DNA from: Auanema rhodensis
Taxonomy: Eukaryota; Animalia; Nematoda
Reading direction: 5' to 3'
Length of the DNA: 64,000 nucleotides
NCBI GenBank assembly: GCA_964057225.1
Contig: OZ059900.1
Span: forward strand, 16,926,001 to 16,990,000
A program made the position numbers and the translations under genes. How positions within the stretch are numbered: position 1 is the stretch's first letter; every line of letters begins with the position of its first letter. Below, one piece after another: positions 24,801 through 40,000 of this stretch. The notes under the pieces are model-generated. The model did not search any database and was not told the DNA's origin. It saw only the letters and a program-made list of their open reading frames with translations.

Positions 24801-27800
24801 CTAATATTGATTAAATCGATTTTTGTTCATATGAGTCGTCAAATGCAACGAATTTCAGCGTGTTACAAACTAAAATGAAGCATTTTACATGCTGAACACT
24901 AGAAAAATACAAAAACACAGTATTTCCCATGAGAAATATTTTATTATGCTGGAAAACCAGTTTTTGGAATTTTCGCTGAAACAAGGTTTTGACTTACGAT
25001 TTCATGTGTTCAAACTCATGCAATGTCAATGAAACCTAGCTCAAAATTGTTCGTACAACGTCTAGTTCCACTTTCACGACAAAAAAACAGGGGTTAGAAA
25101 ATTAAGGAAATTAGCATATTCTGAGGGCACGCCCCTTATGGCTAATATTGATTAAATCGATTTTTGTTCATATGAGTCGTCAAATGCAACGAATTTCAGC
25201 GTGTTACATACTAAAATGAAGCATTTCACATGCTGAACACTAGAAAAATACAAAAACACAGTATTTCCCATGAGAAATATTTTATTATGCTGGAAAACCA
25301 GTTTTTGGAAATTTCGCTGTAAACAAGGTTTTGACTTACGATTTCATGTGTTCAAACTCATGCAATGTCAATGAAACCTAGCTCAAAATTTTTCCTACAA
25401 CGTCTAGTTCCACTTTCACGACAAAAAACAGGGGTTAGAAAATTAAGGAAATTAGCATATTCTGAGGGCACGCCCCTTATGGCTAATATTGATTAAATCG
25501 ATTTTTGTTCATATGAGTCGTCAAATGCAACGAATTTCAGCGTGTTACATACTAAAATGAAGCATTTTACATGCTGAACACTAGAAAAATACAAAAACAC
25601 AGTATTTCCCATGAGAAATATTTTATTATGCTGGAAAACCAGTTTTTGGAAATTTCGCTGTAAACAAGGTTTTGACTTACGATTTCATGTGTTCAAACTC
25701 ATGCAATGTCAATGAAACCTAGCTCAAAATTGTTCCTACAACGTCTAGTTCCACTTTCACGACAAAAAAACAGGGGTTAGAAAATTAATGAAATTAGCAT
25801 ATTCTGAGGGCACGCCCCTTATGGCTAATATTGATTAAATCGATTTTTGTTCATATGAGTCGTCAAATGCAACGAATTTCATCGTGTTACATACTAAAAT
25901 GAAGCATTTTACATGCTGAACACTAGAAAAATACAAAAACACAGTATTTCTCATGAGAAATATTTTATTATGCTGGAAAACCAGTTTTTGGAAATTTCGC
26001 TGTAAACAAGGTTTTGACTTACGATTTCATGTGTTCAAACTCATGCAATGTCAATGAAACCTAGCTCAAAATTGTTTGTACAACGTCTAGTTCCACTTTC
26101 ACGACAAAAAAACAGGGGTTAGAAAATTAAGGAAATTAGCATATTCTGAGGGCACGCCCCTTATGGCTAATATTGATTAAATCGATTTTTGTTCATATGA
26201 GTAGTCAAATGCAACGAATTTCAGCGTGTTACATACTAAAATGAAGCATTTTACATGCTGAACACTAGAAAAATACAAAAACACAGTGTTTCCCATGAGA
26301 AATATTTTATTATGCTGGAAAACCAGTTTTTGGAATTTTCGCTGTAAACAAGGTTTTGACTTACGATTTCATGTGTTCAAACTCATGCAATGTCAATGAA
26401 ACCTAGCTCAAAATTGTTCGTACAACGTCTAGTTCCACTTTAACGACAAAAAAACAGGGGTTAGAAAATTTAGGAAATTAGCATATTCTGAGGGCACGCC
26501 CCTTATGGCTAATATTGATTAAATCGATTTTTGTTCATATGAGTCGTCAAATGCAACGAATTTCAGCGTGTTACATACTAAAATGAAGTATTTTACATGC
26601 TGAACACTAGAAAAATACAAAAACACAGTATTTCCCATGAGAAATATTTTATTATGCTGGAAAACCAGTTTTTGGAATTTTCGCTGTAAACAAGGTTTTG
26701 ACTTACGATTTCATGTGTTCAAACTCATGCAATGTCAATGAAACCTAGCTCAAAATTGTTCGTACAACGTCTAGTTCCACTTTCACGACAAAAAAACAGG
26801 GGTTAGAAAATTAAGGAAATTAGCATATTCTGAGGGCACGCCCCTTATGGCTAATATTGATTAAATCGATTTTTGTTCATATGAGTCGTCAAATGCAACG
26901 AATTTCAGCGTGTTACATACTAAAATGAAGCATTTTACATGCTGAACACTAGAAAAATACAAAAACACAGTATTTCCCATGAGAAATATTTTATTATGCT
27001 GGAAAACCAGTTTTTGGAAATTTCGCTGTAAACAAGGTTTTGACTTACGATTCCATGTGTTCAAACTCATACAATGTCAATGAAACCTAGCTCAAAATTG
27101 TTTGTACAACGTCTAGCTCCACTTTCACGACAAAAAAACAGGGGTTAGAAAATTAAGGAAATTAGCATATTCTGAGGGCACGCCCCTTATGGCTAATATT
27201 GATTAAATCGATTTTTGTTCATATGAGTCGTCAAATGCAACGAATTTCAGCGTGTTACATACTAAAATGAAGCATTTTACATGCTGAACACTAGAAAAAT
27301 ACAAAAACACAGTATTTCCCATGAGAAATATTTTATTATGCTGGAAAACCAGTTTTTGGAATTTTCGCTGTAAACAAGGTTTTGACTTACGATTTCATGT
27401 GTTCAAACTCATGCAATGTCAATGAAACCTAGCTCAAAATTGTTCGTACAACGTCTAGTTCCACTTTCACGACAAAAAAACAGGGGTTAGAAAATTAAGG
27501 AAATTAGCATATTCTGAGGGCACGCCCCTTATGGCTAATATTGATTAAATCGATTTTTGTTCATATGAGTCGTCAAATGAAACGAATTTCAGCGTGTTAC
27601 ATACTAAAATGAAGTATTTTACATGCTGAACACTAGAAAAATACAAAAACACAGTATTTCCCATGAGAAATATTTTATTATGCTGGAAAACCAGTTTTTG
27701 GAAATTTCGCTGTAAACAAGGTTTTGACTTACGATTTCATGTGTTCAAACTCATGCAATGTCAATGAAACCTAGCTCAAAATTGTTCGTACAACGTCTAG

Positions 27801-30800
27801 TTCCACTTTCACGACAAAAAAACAGGGGTTAGAAAATTTAGGAAATTAGCATATTCTGAGGGCACGCCCCTTATGGCTAATATTGATTAAATCGATTTTT
27901 GTTCATATGAGTCGTCAAATGCAACGAATTTCAGCGTGTTACATACTAAAATGAAGTATTTTACATGCTGAACACTAGAAAAATACAAAAACACAGTATT
28001 TCCCATGAGAAATATTTTATTATGCTGGAAAACCAGTTTTTGGAATTTTCGCTGTAAACAAGGTTTTGACTTACGATTTCATGTGTTCAAACTCATGCAA
28101 TGTCAATGAAACCTAGCTCAAAATTGTTCGTACAACGTCTAGTTCCACTTTCACGACAAAAAAACAGGGGTTAGAAAATTAAGGAAATTAGCATATTCTG
28201 AGGGCACGCCCCTTATGGCTAATATTGATTAAATCGATTTTTGTTCATATGAGTCGTCAAATGCAACGAATTTCAGCGTGTTACAAACTAAAATGAAGCA
28301 TTTTACATGCTGAACACTAGAAAAATACAAAAACACAGTATTTCCCATGAGAAATATTTTATTATGCTGGAAAACCAGTTTTTGGAATTTTCGCTGAAAC
28401 AAGGTTTTGACTTACGATTTCATGTGTTCAAACTCATGCAATGTCAATGAAACCTAGCTCAAAATTGTTCGTACAACGTCTAGTTCCACTTTCACGACAA
28501 AAAAACAGGGGTTAGAAAATTAAGGAAATTAGCATATTCTGAGGGCACGCCCCTTATGGCTAATATTGATTAAATCGATTTTTGTTCATATGAGTCGTCA
28601 AATGCAACGAATTTCAGCGTGTTACATACTAAAATGAAGCATTTTACATGCTGAACACTAGAAAAATACAAAAACACAGTATTTCCCATGAGAAATATTT
28701 TATTATGCTGGAAAACCAGTTTTGGGAAATTTCGCTGTAAACAAGGTTTTGACTTACGATTTCATGTGTTCAAACTCATGCAATGTCAATGAAACCTAGC
28801 TCAAAATTGTTCGTACAACGTCTAGTTCCACTTTCACGACAAAAAAACAGGGGTTAGAAAATTAAGGAAATTAGCATATTCTGAGGGCACGCCCCTTATG
28901 GCTAATATTGATTAAATCGATTTTTGTTCATATGAGTCGTCAAATGCAACGAATTTCAGCGTGTTACATACTAAAATGAAGCATTTCACATGCTGAACAC
29001 TAGAAAAATACAAAAACACAGTATTTCCCATGAGAAATATTTTATTATGCTGGAAAACCAGTTTTTGGAAATTTCGCTGTAAACAAGGTTTTGACTTACG
29101 ATTTCATGTGTTCAAACTCATGCAATGTCAATGAAACCTAGCTCAAAATTTTTCCTACAACGTCTAGTTCCACTTTCACGACAAAAAACAGGGGTTAGAA
29201 AATTAAGGAAATTAGCATATTCTGAGGGCACGCCCCTTATGGCTAATATTGATTAAATCGATTTTTGTTCATATGAGTCGTCAAATGCAACGAATTTCAG
29301 CGTGTTACATACTAAAATGAAGCATTTTACATGCTGAACACTAGAAAAATACAAAAACACAGTATTTCCCATGAGAAATATTTTATTATGCTGGAAAACC
29401 AGTTTTTGGAAATTTCGCTGTAAACAAGGTTTTGACTTACGATTTCATGTGTTCAAACTCATGCAATGTCAATGAAACCTAGCTCAAAATTGTTCCTACA
29501 ACGTCTAGTTCCACTTTCACGACAAAAAAACAGGGGTTAGAAAATTAATGAAATTAGCATATTCTGAGGGCACGCCCCTTATGGCTAATATTGATTAAAT
29601 CGATTTTTGTTCATATGAGTCGTCAAATGCAACGAATTTCATCGTGTTACATACTAAAATGAAGCATTTTACATGCTGAACACTAGAAAAATACAAAAAC
29701 ACAGTATTTCTCATGAGAAATATTTTATTATGCTGGAAAACCAGTTTTTGGAAATTTCGCTGTAAACAAGGTTTTGACTTACGATTTCATGTGTTCAAAC
29801 TCATGCAATGTCAATGAAACCTAGCTCAAAATTGTTTGTACAACGTCTAGTTCCACTTTCACGACAAAAAAACAGGGGTTAGAAAATTAAGGAAATTAGC
29901 ATATTCTGAGGGCACGCCCCTTATGGCTAATATTGATTAAATCGATTTTTGTTCATATGAGTAGTCAAATGCAACGAATTTCAGCGTGTTACATACTAAA
30001 ATGAAGCATTTTACATGCTGAACACTAGAAAAATACAAAAACACAGTGTTTCCCATGAGAAATATTTTATTATGCTGGAAAACCAGTTTTTGGAATTTTC
30101 GCTGTAAACAAGGTTTTGACTTACGATTTCATGTGTTCAAACTCATGCAATGTCAATGAAACCTAGCTCAAAATTGTTCGTACAACGTCTAGTTCCACTT
30201 TAACGACAAAAAAACAGGGGTTAGAAAATTTAGGAAATTAGCATATTCTGAGGGCACGCCCCTTATGGCTAATATTGATTAAATCGATTTTTGTTCATAT
30301 GAGTCGTCAAATGCAACGAATTTCAGCGTGTTACATACTAAAATGAAGTATTTTACATGCTGAACACTAGAAAAATACAAAAACACAGTATTTCCCATGA
30401 GAAATATTTTATTATGCTGGAAAACCAGTTTTTGGAATTTTCGCTGTAAACAAGGTTTTGACTTACGATTTCATGTGTTCAAACTCATGCAATGTCAATG
30501 AAACCTAGCTCAAAATTGTTCGTACAACGTCTAGTTCCACTTTCACGACAAAAAAACAGGGGTTAGAAAATTAAGGAAATTAGCATATTCTGAGGGCACG
30601 CCCCTTATGGCTAATATTGATTAAATCGATTTTTGTTCATATGAGTCGTCAAATGCAACGAATTTCAGCGTGTTACATACTAAAATGAAGCATTTTACAT
30701 GCTGAACACTAGAAAAATACAAAAACACAGTATTTCCCATGAGAAATATTTTATTATGCTGGAAAACCAGTTTTTGGAAATTTCGCTGTAAACAAGGTTT

Positions 30801-33800
30801 TGACTTACGATTTCATGTGTTCAAACTCATGCAATGTCAATGAAACCTAGCTCAAAATTGTTCCTACAACGTCTAGTTCCACTTTCACGACAAAAAAACA
30901 GGGGTTAGAAAATTAATGAAATTAGCATATTCTGAGGGCACGCCCCTTATGGCTAATATTGATTAAATCGATTTTTGTTCATATGAGTCGTCAAATGCAA
31001 CGAATTTCATCGTGTTACATACTAAAATTAAGCATTTTACATGCTGAACACTAGAAAAATACAAAAACACAGTATTTCTCATGAGAAATATTTTATTATG
31101 CTGGAAAACCAGTTTTTGGAAATTTCGCTGTAAACAAGGTTTTGACTTACGATTTCATGTGTTCAAACTCATGCAATGTCAATGAAACCTAGCTCAAAAT
31201 TGTTTGTACAACGTCTAGTTCCACTTTCACGACAAAAAAACAGGGGTTAGAAAATTAAGGAAATTAGCATATTCTGAGGGCACGCCCCTTATGGCTAATA
31301 TTGATTAAATCGATTTTTGTTCATATGAGTAGTCAAATGCAACGAATTTCAGCGTGTTACATACTAAAATGAAGCATTTTACATGCTGAACACTAGAAAA
31401 ATACAAAAACACAGTATTTCCCATGAGAAATATTTTATTATGCTGGAAAACCAGTTTTTGGAATTTTCGCTGTAAACAAGGTTTTGACTTACGATTTCAT
31501 GTGTTCAAACTCATGCAATGTCAATGAAACCTAGCTCAAAATTGTTCGTACAACGTCTAGTTCCACTTTCACGACAAAAAAACAGGGGTTAGAAAATTAA
31601 GGAAATTAGCATATTCTGAGGGCACGCCCCTTATGGCTAATATTGATTAAATCGATTTTTGTTCATATGAGTCGTCAAATGCAACGAATTTCAGCGTGTT
31701 ACATACTAAAATGAAGCATTTTACATGCTGAACACTAGAAAAATACAAAAACACAGTATTTCCCATGAGAAATATTTTATTATGCTGGAAAACCAGTTTT
31801 TGGAAATTTCGCTGTAAACAAGGTTTTGACTTACGATTTCATGTGTTCAAACTCATGCAATGTCAATGAAACCTAGCTCAAAATTGTTCGTACAACGTCT
31901 AGTTCCACTTTCACGACAAAAAAACAGGGGTTAGAAAATTTAGGAAATTAGCATATTCTGAGGGCACGCCCCTTATGGCTAATATTGATTAAATCGATTT
32001 TTGTTCATATGAGTCGTCAAATGCAACGAATTTCAGCGTGTTACATACTAAAATGAAGTATTTTACATGCTGAACACTAGAAAAATACAAAAACACAGTA
32101 TTTCCCATGAGAAATATTTTATTATGCTGGAAAACCAGTTTTTGGAATTTTCGCTGTAAACAAGGTTTTGACTTACGATTTCATGTGTTCAAACTCATGC
32201 AATGTCAATGAAACCTAGCTCAAAATTGTTCGTACAACGTCTAGTTCCACTTTCACGACAAAAAAACAGGGGTTAGAAAATTAAGGAAATTAGCATATTC
32301 TGAGGGCACGCCCCTTATGGCTAATATTGATTAAATCGATTTTTGTTCATATGAGTCGTCAAATGCAACGAATTTCAGCGTGTTACATACTAAAATGAAG
32401 CATTTTACATGCTGAACACTAGAAAAATACAAAAACACAGTATTTCCCATGAGAAATATTTTATTATGCTGGAAAACCAGTTTTTGGAAATTGCGCTGTA
32501 AACAAGGTTTTGACTTACGATTCCATGTGTTCAAACTCATGCAATGTCAATGAAACCTAGCTCAAAATTGTTTGTACAACGTCTAGTTCCACTTTCACGA
32601 CAAAAAAACAGGGGTTAGAAAATTAAGGAAATTAGCATATTCTGAGGGCACGCCCCTTATGGCTAATATTGATTAAATCGATTTTTGTTCATATGAGTCG
32701 TCAAATGCAACGAATTTCAGCGTGTTACATACTAAAATGAAGCATTTTACATGCTGAACACTAGAAAAATACAAAAACACAGTATTTCCCATGAGAAATA
32801 TTTTATTATGCTGGAAAACCAGTTTTTGGAATTTTCGCTGTAAACAAGGTTTTGACTTACGATTTCATGTGTTCAAACTCATGCAATGTCAATGAAACCT
32901 AGCTCAAAATTGTTCGTACAACGTCTAGTTCCACTTTCACGACAAAAAAACAGGGGTTAGAAAATTAAGGAAATTAGCATATTCTGAGGGCACGCCCCTT
33001 ATGGCTAATATTGATTAAATCGATTTTTGTTCATATGAGTCGTCAAATGCAACGAATTTCAGCGTGTTACATACTAAAATGAAGTATTTTACATGCTGAA
33101 CACTAGAAAAATACAAAAACACAGTATTTCCCATGAGAAATATTTTATTATGCTGGAAAACCAGTTTTTGGAAATTTCGCTGTAAACAAGGTTTTGACTT
33201 ACGATTCCATGTGTTCAAACTCATGCAATGTCAATGAAACCTAGCTCAAAATTGTTTGTACAACGTCTAGTTCCACTTTCACGACAAAAAAACAGGGGTT
33301 AGAAAATTAATGAAATTAGCATATTCTGAGGGCACGCCCCTTATGGCTAATATTGATTAAATCGATTTTTGTTCATATGAGTCGTCAAATGCAACGAATT
33401 TCATCGTGTTACATACTAAAATTAAGCATTTTACATGCTGAACACTAGAAAAATACAAAAACACAGTATTTCTCATGAGAAATATTTTATTATGCTGGAA
33501 AACCAGTTTTTGGAAATTTCGCTGTAAACAAGGTTTTGACTTACGATTTCATGTGTTCAAACTCATGCAATGTCAATGAAACCTAGCTCAAAATTGTTTG
33601 TACAACGTCTAGTTCCACTTTCACGACAAAAAAACAGGGGTTAGAAAATTAAGGAAATTAGCATATTCTGAGGGCACGCCCCTTATGGCTAATATTGATT
33701 AAATCGATTTTTGTTCATATGAGTAGTCAAATGCAACGAATTTCAGCGTGTTACATACTAAAATGAAGCATTTTACATGCTGAACACTAGAAAAATACAA

Positions 33801-36800
33801 AAACACAGTATTTCCCATGAGAAATATTTTATTATGCTGGAAAACCAGTTTTTGGAATTTTCGCTGTAAACAAGGTTTTGACTTACGATTTCATGTGTTC
33901 AAACTCATGCAATGTCAATGAAACCTAGCTCAAAATTGTTCGTACAACGTCTAGTTCCACTTTCACGACAAAAAAACAGGGGTTAGAAAATTAAGGAAAT
34001 TAGCATATTCTGAGGGCACGCCCCTTATGGCTAATATTGATTAAATCGATTTTTGTTCATATGAGTCGTCAAATGCAACGAATTTCAGCGTGTTACATAC
34101 TAAAATGAAGCATTTTACATGCTGAACACTAGAAAAATACAAAAACACAGTATTTCCCATGAGAAATATTTTATTATGCTGGAAAACCAGTTTTTGGAAA
34201 TTTCGCTGTAAACAAGGTTTTGACTTACGATTTCATGTGTTCAAACTCATGCAATGTCAATGAAACCTAGCTCAAAATTGTTCGTACAACGTCTAGTTCC
34301 ACTTTCACGACAAAAAAACAGGGGTTAGAAAATTTAGGAAATTAGCATATTCTGAGGGCACGCCCCTTATGGCTAATATTGATTAAATCGATTTTTGTTC
34401 ATATGAGTCGTCAAATGCAACGAATTTCAGCGTGTTACATACTAAAATGAAGTATTTTACATGCTGAACACTAGAAAAATACAAAAACACAGTATTTCCC
34501 ATGAGAAATATTTTATTATGCTGGAAAACCAGTTTTTGGAATTTTCGCTGTAAACAAGGTTTTGACTTACGATTTCATGTGTTCAAACTCATGCAATGTC
34601 AATGAAACCTAGCTCAAAATTGTTCGTACAACGTCTAGTTCCACTTTCACGACAAAAAAACAGGGGTTAGAAAATTAAGGAAATTAGCATATTCTGAGGG
34701 CACGCCCCTTATGGCTAATATTGATTAAATCGATTTTTGTTCATATGAGTCGTCAAATGCAACGAATTTCAGCGTGTTACATACTAAAATGAAGCATTTT
34801 ACATGCTGAACACTAGAAAAATACAAAAACACAGTATTTCCCATGAGAAATATTTTATTATGCTGGAAAACCAGTTTTTGGAAATTTCGCTGTAAACAAG
34901 GTTTTGACTTACGATTCCATGTGTTCAAACTCATACAATGTCAATGAAACCTAGCTCAAAATTGTTTGTACAACGTCTAGCTCCACTTTCACGACAAAAA
35001 AACAGGGGTTAGAAAATTAATGAAATTAGCATATTCTGAGGGCACGCCCCTTATGGCTAATATTGATTAAATCGATTTTTGTTCATATGAGTCGTCAAAT
35101 GCAACGAATTTCAGCGTGTTACATACTAAAATGAAGTATTTTACATGCTGAACACTAGAAAAATACAAAAACACAGTATTTCCCATGAGAAATATTTTAT
35201 TATGCTGGAAAACCAGTTTTTGGAATTTTCGCTGTAAACAAGGTTTTGACTTACGATTTCATGTGTTCAAACTCATGCAATGTCAATGAAACCTAGCTCA
35301 AAATTGTTCGTACAACGTCTAGTTCCACTTTCACGACAAAAAAACAGGGGTTAGAAAATTAAGGAAATTAGCATATTCTGAGGGCACGCCCCTTATGGCT
35401 AATATTGATTAAATCGATTTTTGTTCATATGAGTCGTCAAATGCAACGAATTTCAGCGTGTTACATACTAAAATGAAGCATTTTACATGCTGAACACTAG
35501 AAAAATACAAAAACACAGTATTTCCCATGAGAAATATTTTATTATGCTGGAAAACCAGTTTTTGGAAATTTCGCTGTAAACAAGGTTTTGACTTACGATT
35601 CCATGTGTTCAAACTCATACAATGTCAATGAAACCTAGCTCAAAATTGTTTGTACAACGTCTAGCTCCACTTTCACGACAAAAAAACAGGGGTTAGAAAA
35701 TTAAGGAAATTAGCATATTCTGAGGGCACGCCCCTTATGGCTAATATTGATTAAATCGATTTTTGTTCATATGAGTCGTCAAATGCAACGAATTTCAGCG
35801 TGTTACATACTAAAATGAAGCATTTTACATGCTGAACACTAGAAAAATACAAAAACACAGTATTTCCCATGAGAAATATTTTATTATGCTGGAAAACCAG
35901 TTTTTGGAATTTTCGCTGTAAACAAGGTTTTGACTTACGATTTCATGTGTTCAAACTCATGCAATGTCAATGAAACCTAGCTCAAAATTGTTCGTACAAC
36001 GTCTAGTTCCACTTTCACGACAAAAAAACAGGGGTTAGAAAATTAAGGAAATTAGCATATTCTGAGGGCACGCCCCTTATGGCTAATATTGATTAAATCG
36101 ATTTTTGTTCATATGAGTCGTCAAATGCAACGAATTTCAGCCTGTTACATACTAAAATGAAGTATTTTACATGCTGAACACTAGAAAAATACAAAAACAC
36201 AGTATTTCCCATGAGAAATATTTTATTATGCTGGAAAACCAGTTTTTGGAAATTTCGCTGTAAACAAGGTTTTGACTTACGATTTCATGTGTTCAAACTC
36301 ATGCAATGTCAATGAAACCTAGCTCAAAATTGTTCGTACAACGTCTAGTTCCACTTTCACGACAAAAAAACAGGGGTTAGAAAATTTAGGAAATTAGCAT
36401 ATTCTGAGGGCACGCCCCTTATGGCTAATATTGATTAAATCGATTTTTGTTCATATGAGTCGTCAAATGCAACGAATTTCAGCGTGTTACATACTAAAAT
36501 GAAGTATTTTACATGCTGAACACTAGAAAAATACAAAAACACAGTATTTCCCATGAGAAATATTTTATTATGCTGGAAAACCAGTTTTTGGAATTTTCGC
36601 TGTAAACAAGGTTTTGACTTACGATTTCATGTGTTCAAACTCATGCAATGTCAATGAAACCTAGCTCAAAATTGTTCGTACAACGTCTAGTTCCACTTTC
36701 ACGACAAAAAAACAGGGGTTAGAAAATTAAGGAAATTAGCATATTCTGAGGGCACGCCCCTTATGGCTAATATTGATTAAATCGATTTTTGTTCATATGA

Positions 36801-37065
36801 GTCGTCAAATGCAACGAATTTCAGCGTGTTACAAACTAAAATGGAGCATTTTACATGCTGAACACTAGAAAAATACAAAAACACAGTATTTCCCATGAGA
36901 AATATTTTATTATGCTGGAAAACCAGTTTTTGGAATTTTCGCTGTAAACAAGGTTTTGACTTACGATTTCATGTGTTCAAACTCATGCAATGTTAATGAA
37001 ACCTAGCTCAAAATTGTTCGTACAACGTCTAGTTCCACTTTCACGACAAAAAAACAGGGGTTAGA
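15866..37065. repeat. Array B proximal domain: 7-monomer HOR (2394 bp) with 6-, 10- and 11-monomer derivatives
   Basis: An ordered series of variants repeats (TTTAGG/GTATTT/GAATTTT; GATTCC/GTTTGT; TAATGAA/TTCATCG/TTCTCATG; GAGTAGTC). ORF-track spacings are 16603->18997, 21049->23443 and 32331->34725 = 2394, 18997->21049 = 2052, and 23443->26861 = 3418. Confidence 0.9.
16079..16095 (+). other. CENP-B-box-like 17-mer TTTCGCTGTAAACAAGG, one per 342-bp monomer (first copy given)
   Basis: It matches 7 of the 9 core positions of NTTCGNNNNANNCGGGN and 11/17 positions of the human box CTTCGTTGGAAACGGGA. Function is unproven. Confidence 0.3.
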
Positions 37066-40000
37066 AAATTAAGGAAATTAGCATATTCTGAGGGCACGCC
37101 CCTTATGGCTAATATTGATTAAATCGATTTTTGTTCATATGAGTCGTCAAATGCAACGAATTTCAGCGTGTTACATACTAAAATGAAGCATTTTACATGC
37201 TGAACACTAGAAAAATACAAAAACACAGTATTTCCCATGAGAAATATTTTATTATGCTGGAAAACCAGTTTTTGGAAATTTCGCTGTAAACAAGGTTTTG
37301 ACTTACGATTTCATGTGTTCAAACTCATGCAATGTCAATGAAACTTAGCTCAAAATTGTTCGTACAACGTCTAGTTCCACTTTCACGACAAAAAAACAGG
37401 GGTTAGAAAATTAAGGAAATTAGCATATTCTGAGGGCACGCCCCTTATGGCTAATATTGATTAAATCGATTTTTGTTCATATGAGTAGTCAAATGCAACG
37501 AATTTCAGCGTGTTACATACTAAAATGAAGCATTTTACATGCTGAACACTAGAAAAATACAAAAACACAGTATTTCCCATGAGAAATATTTTATTATGCT
37601 GGAAAACCAGTTTTTGGAAATTTCGCTGTAAACAAGGTTTTGACTTACGATTTCATGTGTTCAAACTCATGCAATGTCAATGAAACCTAGCTCAAAATTG
37701 TTCCTACAACGTCTAATTCCACTTTCACGACAAAAAAACCGGGGTTAGAAAATTAAGGAAATTAGCATATTCTGAGGGCACGCCCCTTATGGCTAATATT
37801 GATTAAATCGATTATTGTTCATATGAGTCGTCAAATGCAACGAATTTCAGCGTGTTACATACTGAAATGAAGCATTTTACATGCTGAACACTAGAAAAAT
37901 ACAAAAACACAGTATTTCCCATGAGAAATATTTTATTATGCTGGAAAACCAGTTTTTGGAAATTTCGCTGTAAACAAGGTTTTGACTTACGATTTCATGT
38001 GTTCAAACTCATGCAATGTCAATGAAACCTAGCTCAAAATTGTTCCTACAACGTCTAGTTCCACTTTCACGACAAAAAAACAGGGGTTAGAAAATTAAGG
38101 AAATTAGCATATTCTGAGGGCACGCCCCTTATGGCTAATATTGATTAAATCGATTTTTGTTCATATGAGTCGTCAAATGCAACGAATTTCAGCGTGTTAC
38201 ATACTAAAATGAAGCATTTCACATGCTGAACACTAGAAAAATACAAAAACACAGTATTTCCCATGAGAAATATTTTATTATGCTGGAAAACCAGTTTTTG
38301 GAAATTTCGCTGTAAACAAGGTTTTGACTTACGATTTCATGTGTTCAAACTCATGCAATGTCAATGAAACCTAGCTCAAAATTGTTCCTACAACGTCTAG
38401 TTCCACTTTCACGACAAAAAAACAGGGGTTAGAAAATTAAGGAAATTAGCATATTCTGAGGGCACGCCCTTTATGGCTAATATTGATTAAATCGATTTTT
38501 GTTCATATGAGTCGTCAAATGCAACGAATTTCAGCGTGTTACATACTAAAATGAAGCATTTCACATGCTGAACACTAGAAAAATACAAAAACACAGTAAT
38601 ACCCATGAGAAATATTTTATTATGCTGGAAAACCAGTTTTTGGAAATTTCGCTGTAAACAAGGTTTTGACTTACGATTTCATGTGTTCAAACTCATGCAA
38701 TGTCAATGAAACCTAGCTCAAAATTGTTCGTACAACGTCTGGTTCCACTTTCACGACAAAAAAACAGGGGTTAGAAAATTAAGGAAATTAGCATATTCTG
38801 AGGGCACGCCCCTTATGGCTAATATTGATTAAATCGATTTTTGTTCATATGAGTCGTCAAATGCAACGAATTTCAGCGTGTTACATACTAAAATGAAGCA
38901 TTTTACATGCTGAACACTAGAAAAATACAAAAACACAGTATTTCCCATGAGAAATATTTTATTATGCTGGAAAACCAGTTTTTGGAAATTTCGCTGTAAA
39001 CAAGGTTTTGACTTACGATTTCATGTGTTCAAACTCATGCAATGTCAATGAAACCTAGCTCAAAATTGTTCCTACAACGTCTAGTTCCACTTTCACGACA
39101 AAAAAACAGGGGTTAGAAAATTAAGGAAATTAGCATATTCTGAGGGCACGCCCCTTATGGCTAATATTGATTAAATCGATTTTTGTTCATATGAGTCGTC
39201 AAATGCAACGAATTTCAGCGTGTTACATACTAAAATGAAGCATTTTACATGCTGAACACTAGAAAAATACAAAAACACAGTATTTCCCATGAGAAATATT
39301 TTATTATGCTGGAAAACCAGTTTTTGGAAATTTCGCTGTAAACAAGGTTTTGACTTACGATTTCATGTGTTCAAACTCATGCAATGTCAATGAAACCTAG
39401 CTCAAAATTGTTCCTACAACGTCTAGTTCCACTTTCACGACAAAAAAACAGGGGTTAGAAAATTAAGGAAATTAGCATATTCTGAGGGCACGCCCTTTAT
39501 GGCTAATATTGATTAAATCGATTTTTGTTCATATGAGTCGTCAAATGCAACGAATTTCAGCGTGTTACATACTAAAATGAAGCATTTTACATGCTGAACA
39601 CTAGAAAAATACAAAAACACAGTATTTCCCATGAGAAATATTTTATTATGCTGGAAAACCAGTTTTTGGAAATTTCGCTGTAAACAAGGTTTTGACTTAC
39701 GATTTCATGTGTTCAAACTCATGCAATGTCAATGAAACCTAGCTCAAAATTGTTCGTACAACGTCTGGTTCCACTTTCACGACAAAAAAACAGGGGTTAG
39801 AAAATTAAGGAAATTAGCATATTCTGAGGGCACGCCCCTTATGGCTAATATTGATTAAATCGATTTTTGTTCATATGAGTCGTCAAATGCAACGAATTTC
39901 AGCGTGTTACATACTAAAATGAAGCATTTTACATGCTGAACACTAGAAAAATACAAAAACACAGTATTTCCCATGAGAAATATTTTATTATGCTGGAAAA

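Noticed and set aside
16603-35618. 69 aa ORFs (MSLNTWNRKS...) on the - strand
   Set aside because: They are open only where the GATTCC variant removes a TGA stop present in the consensus. They mark HOR monomer classes, not genes.
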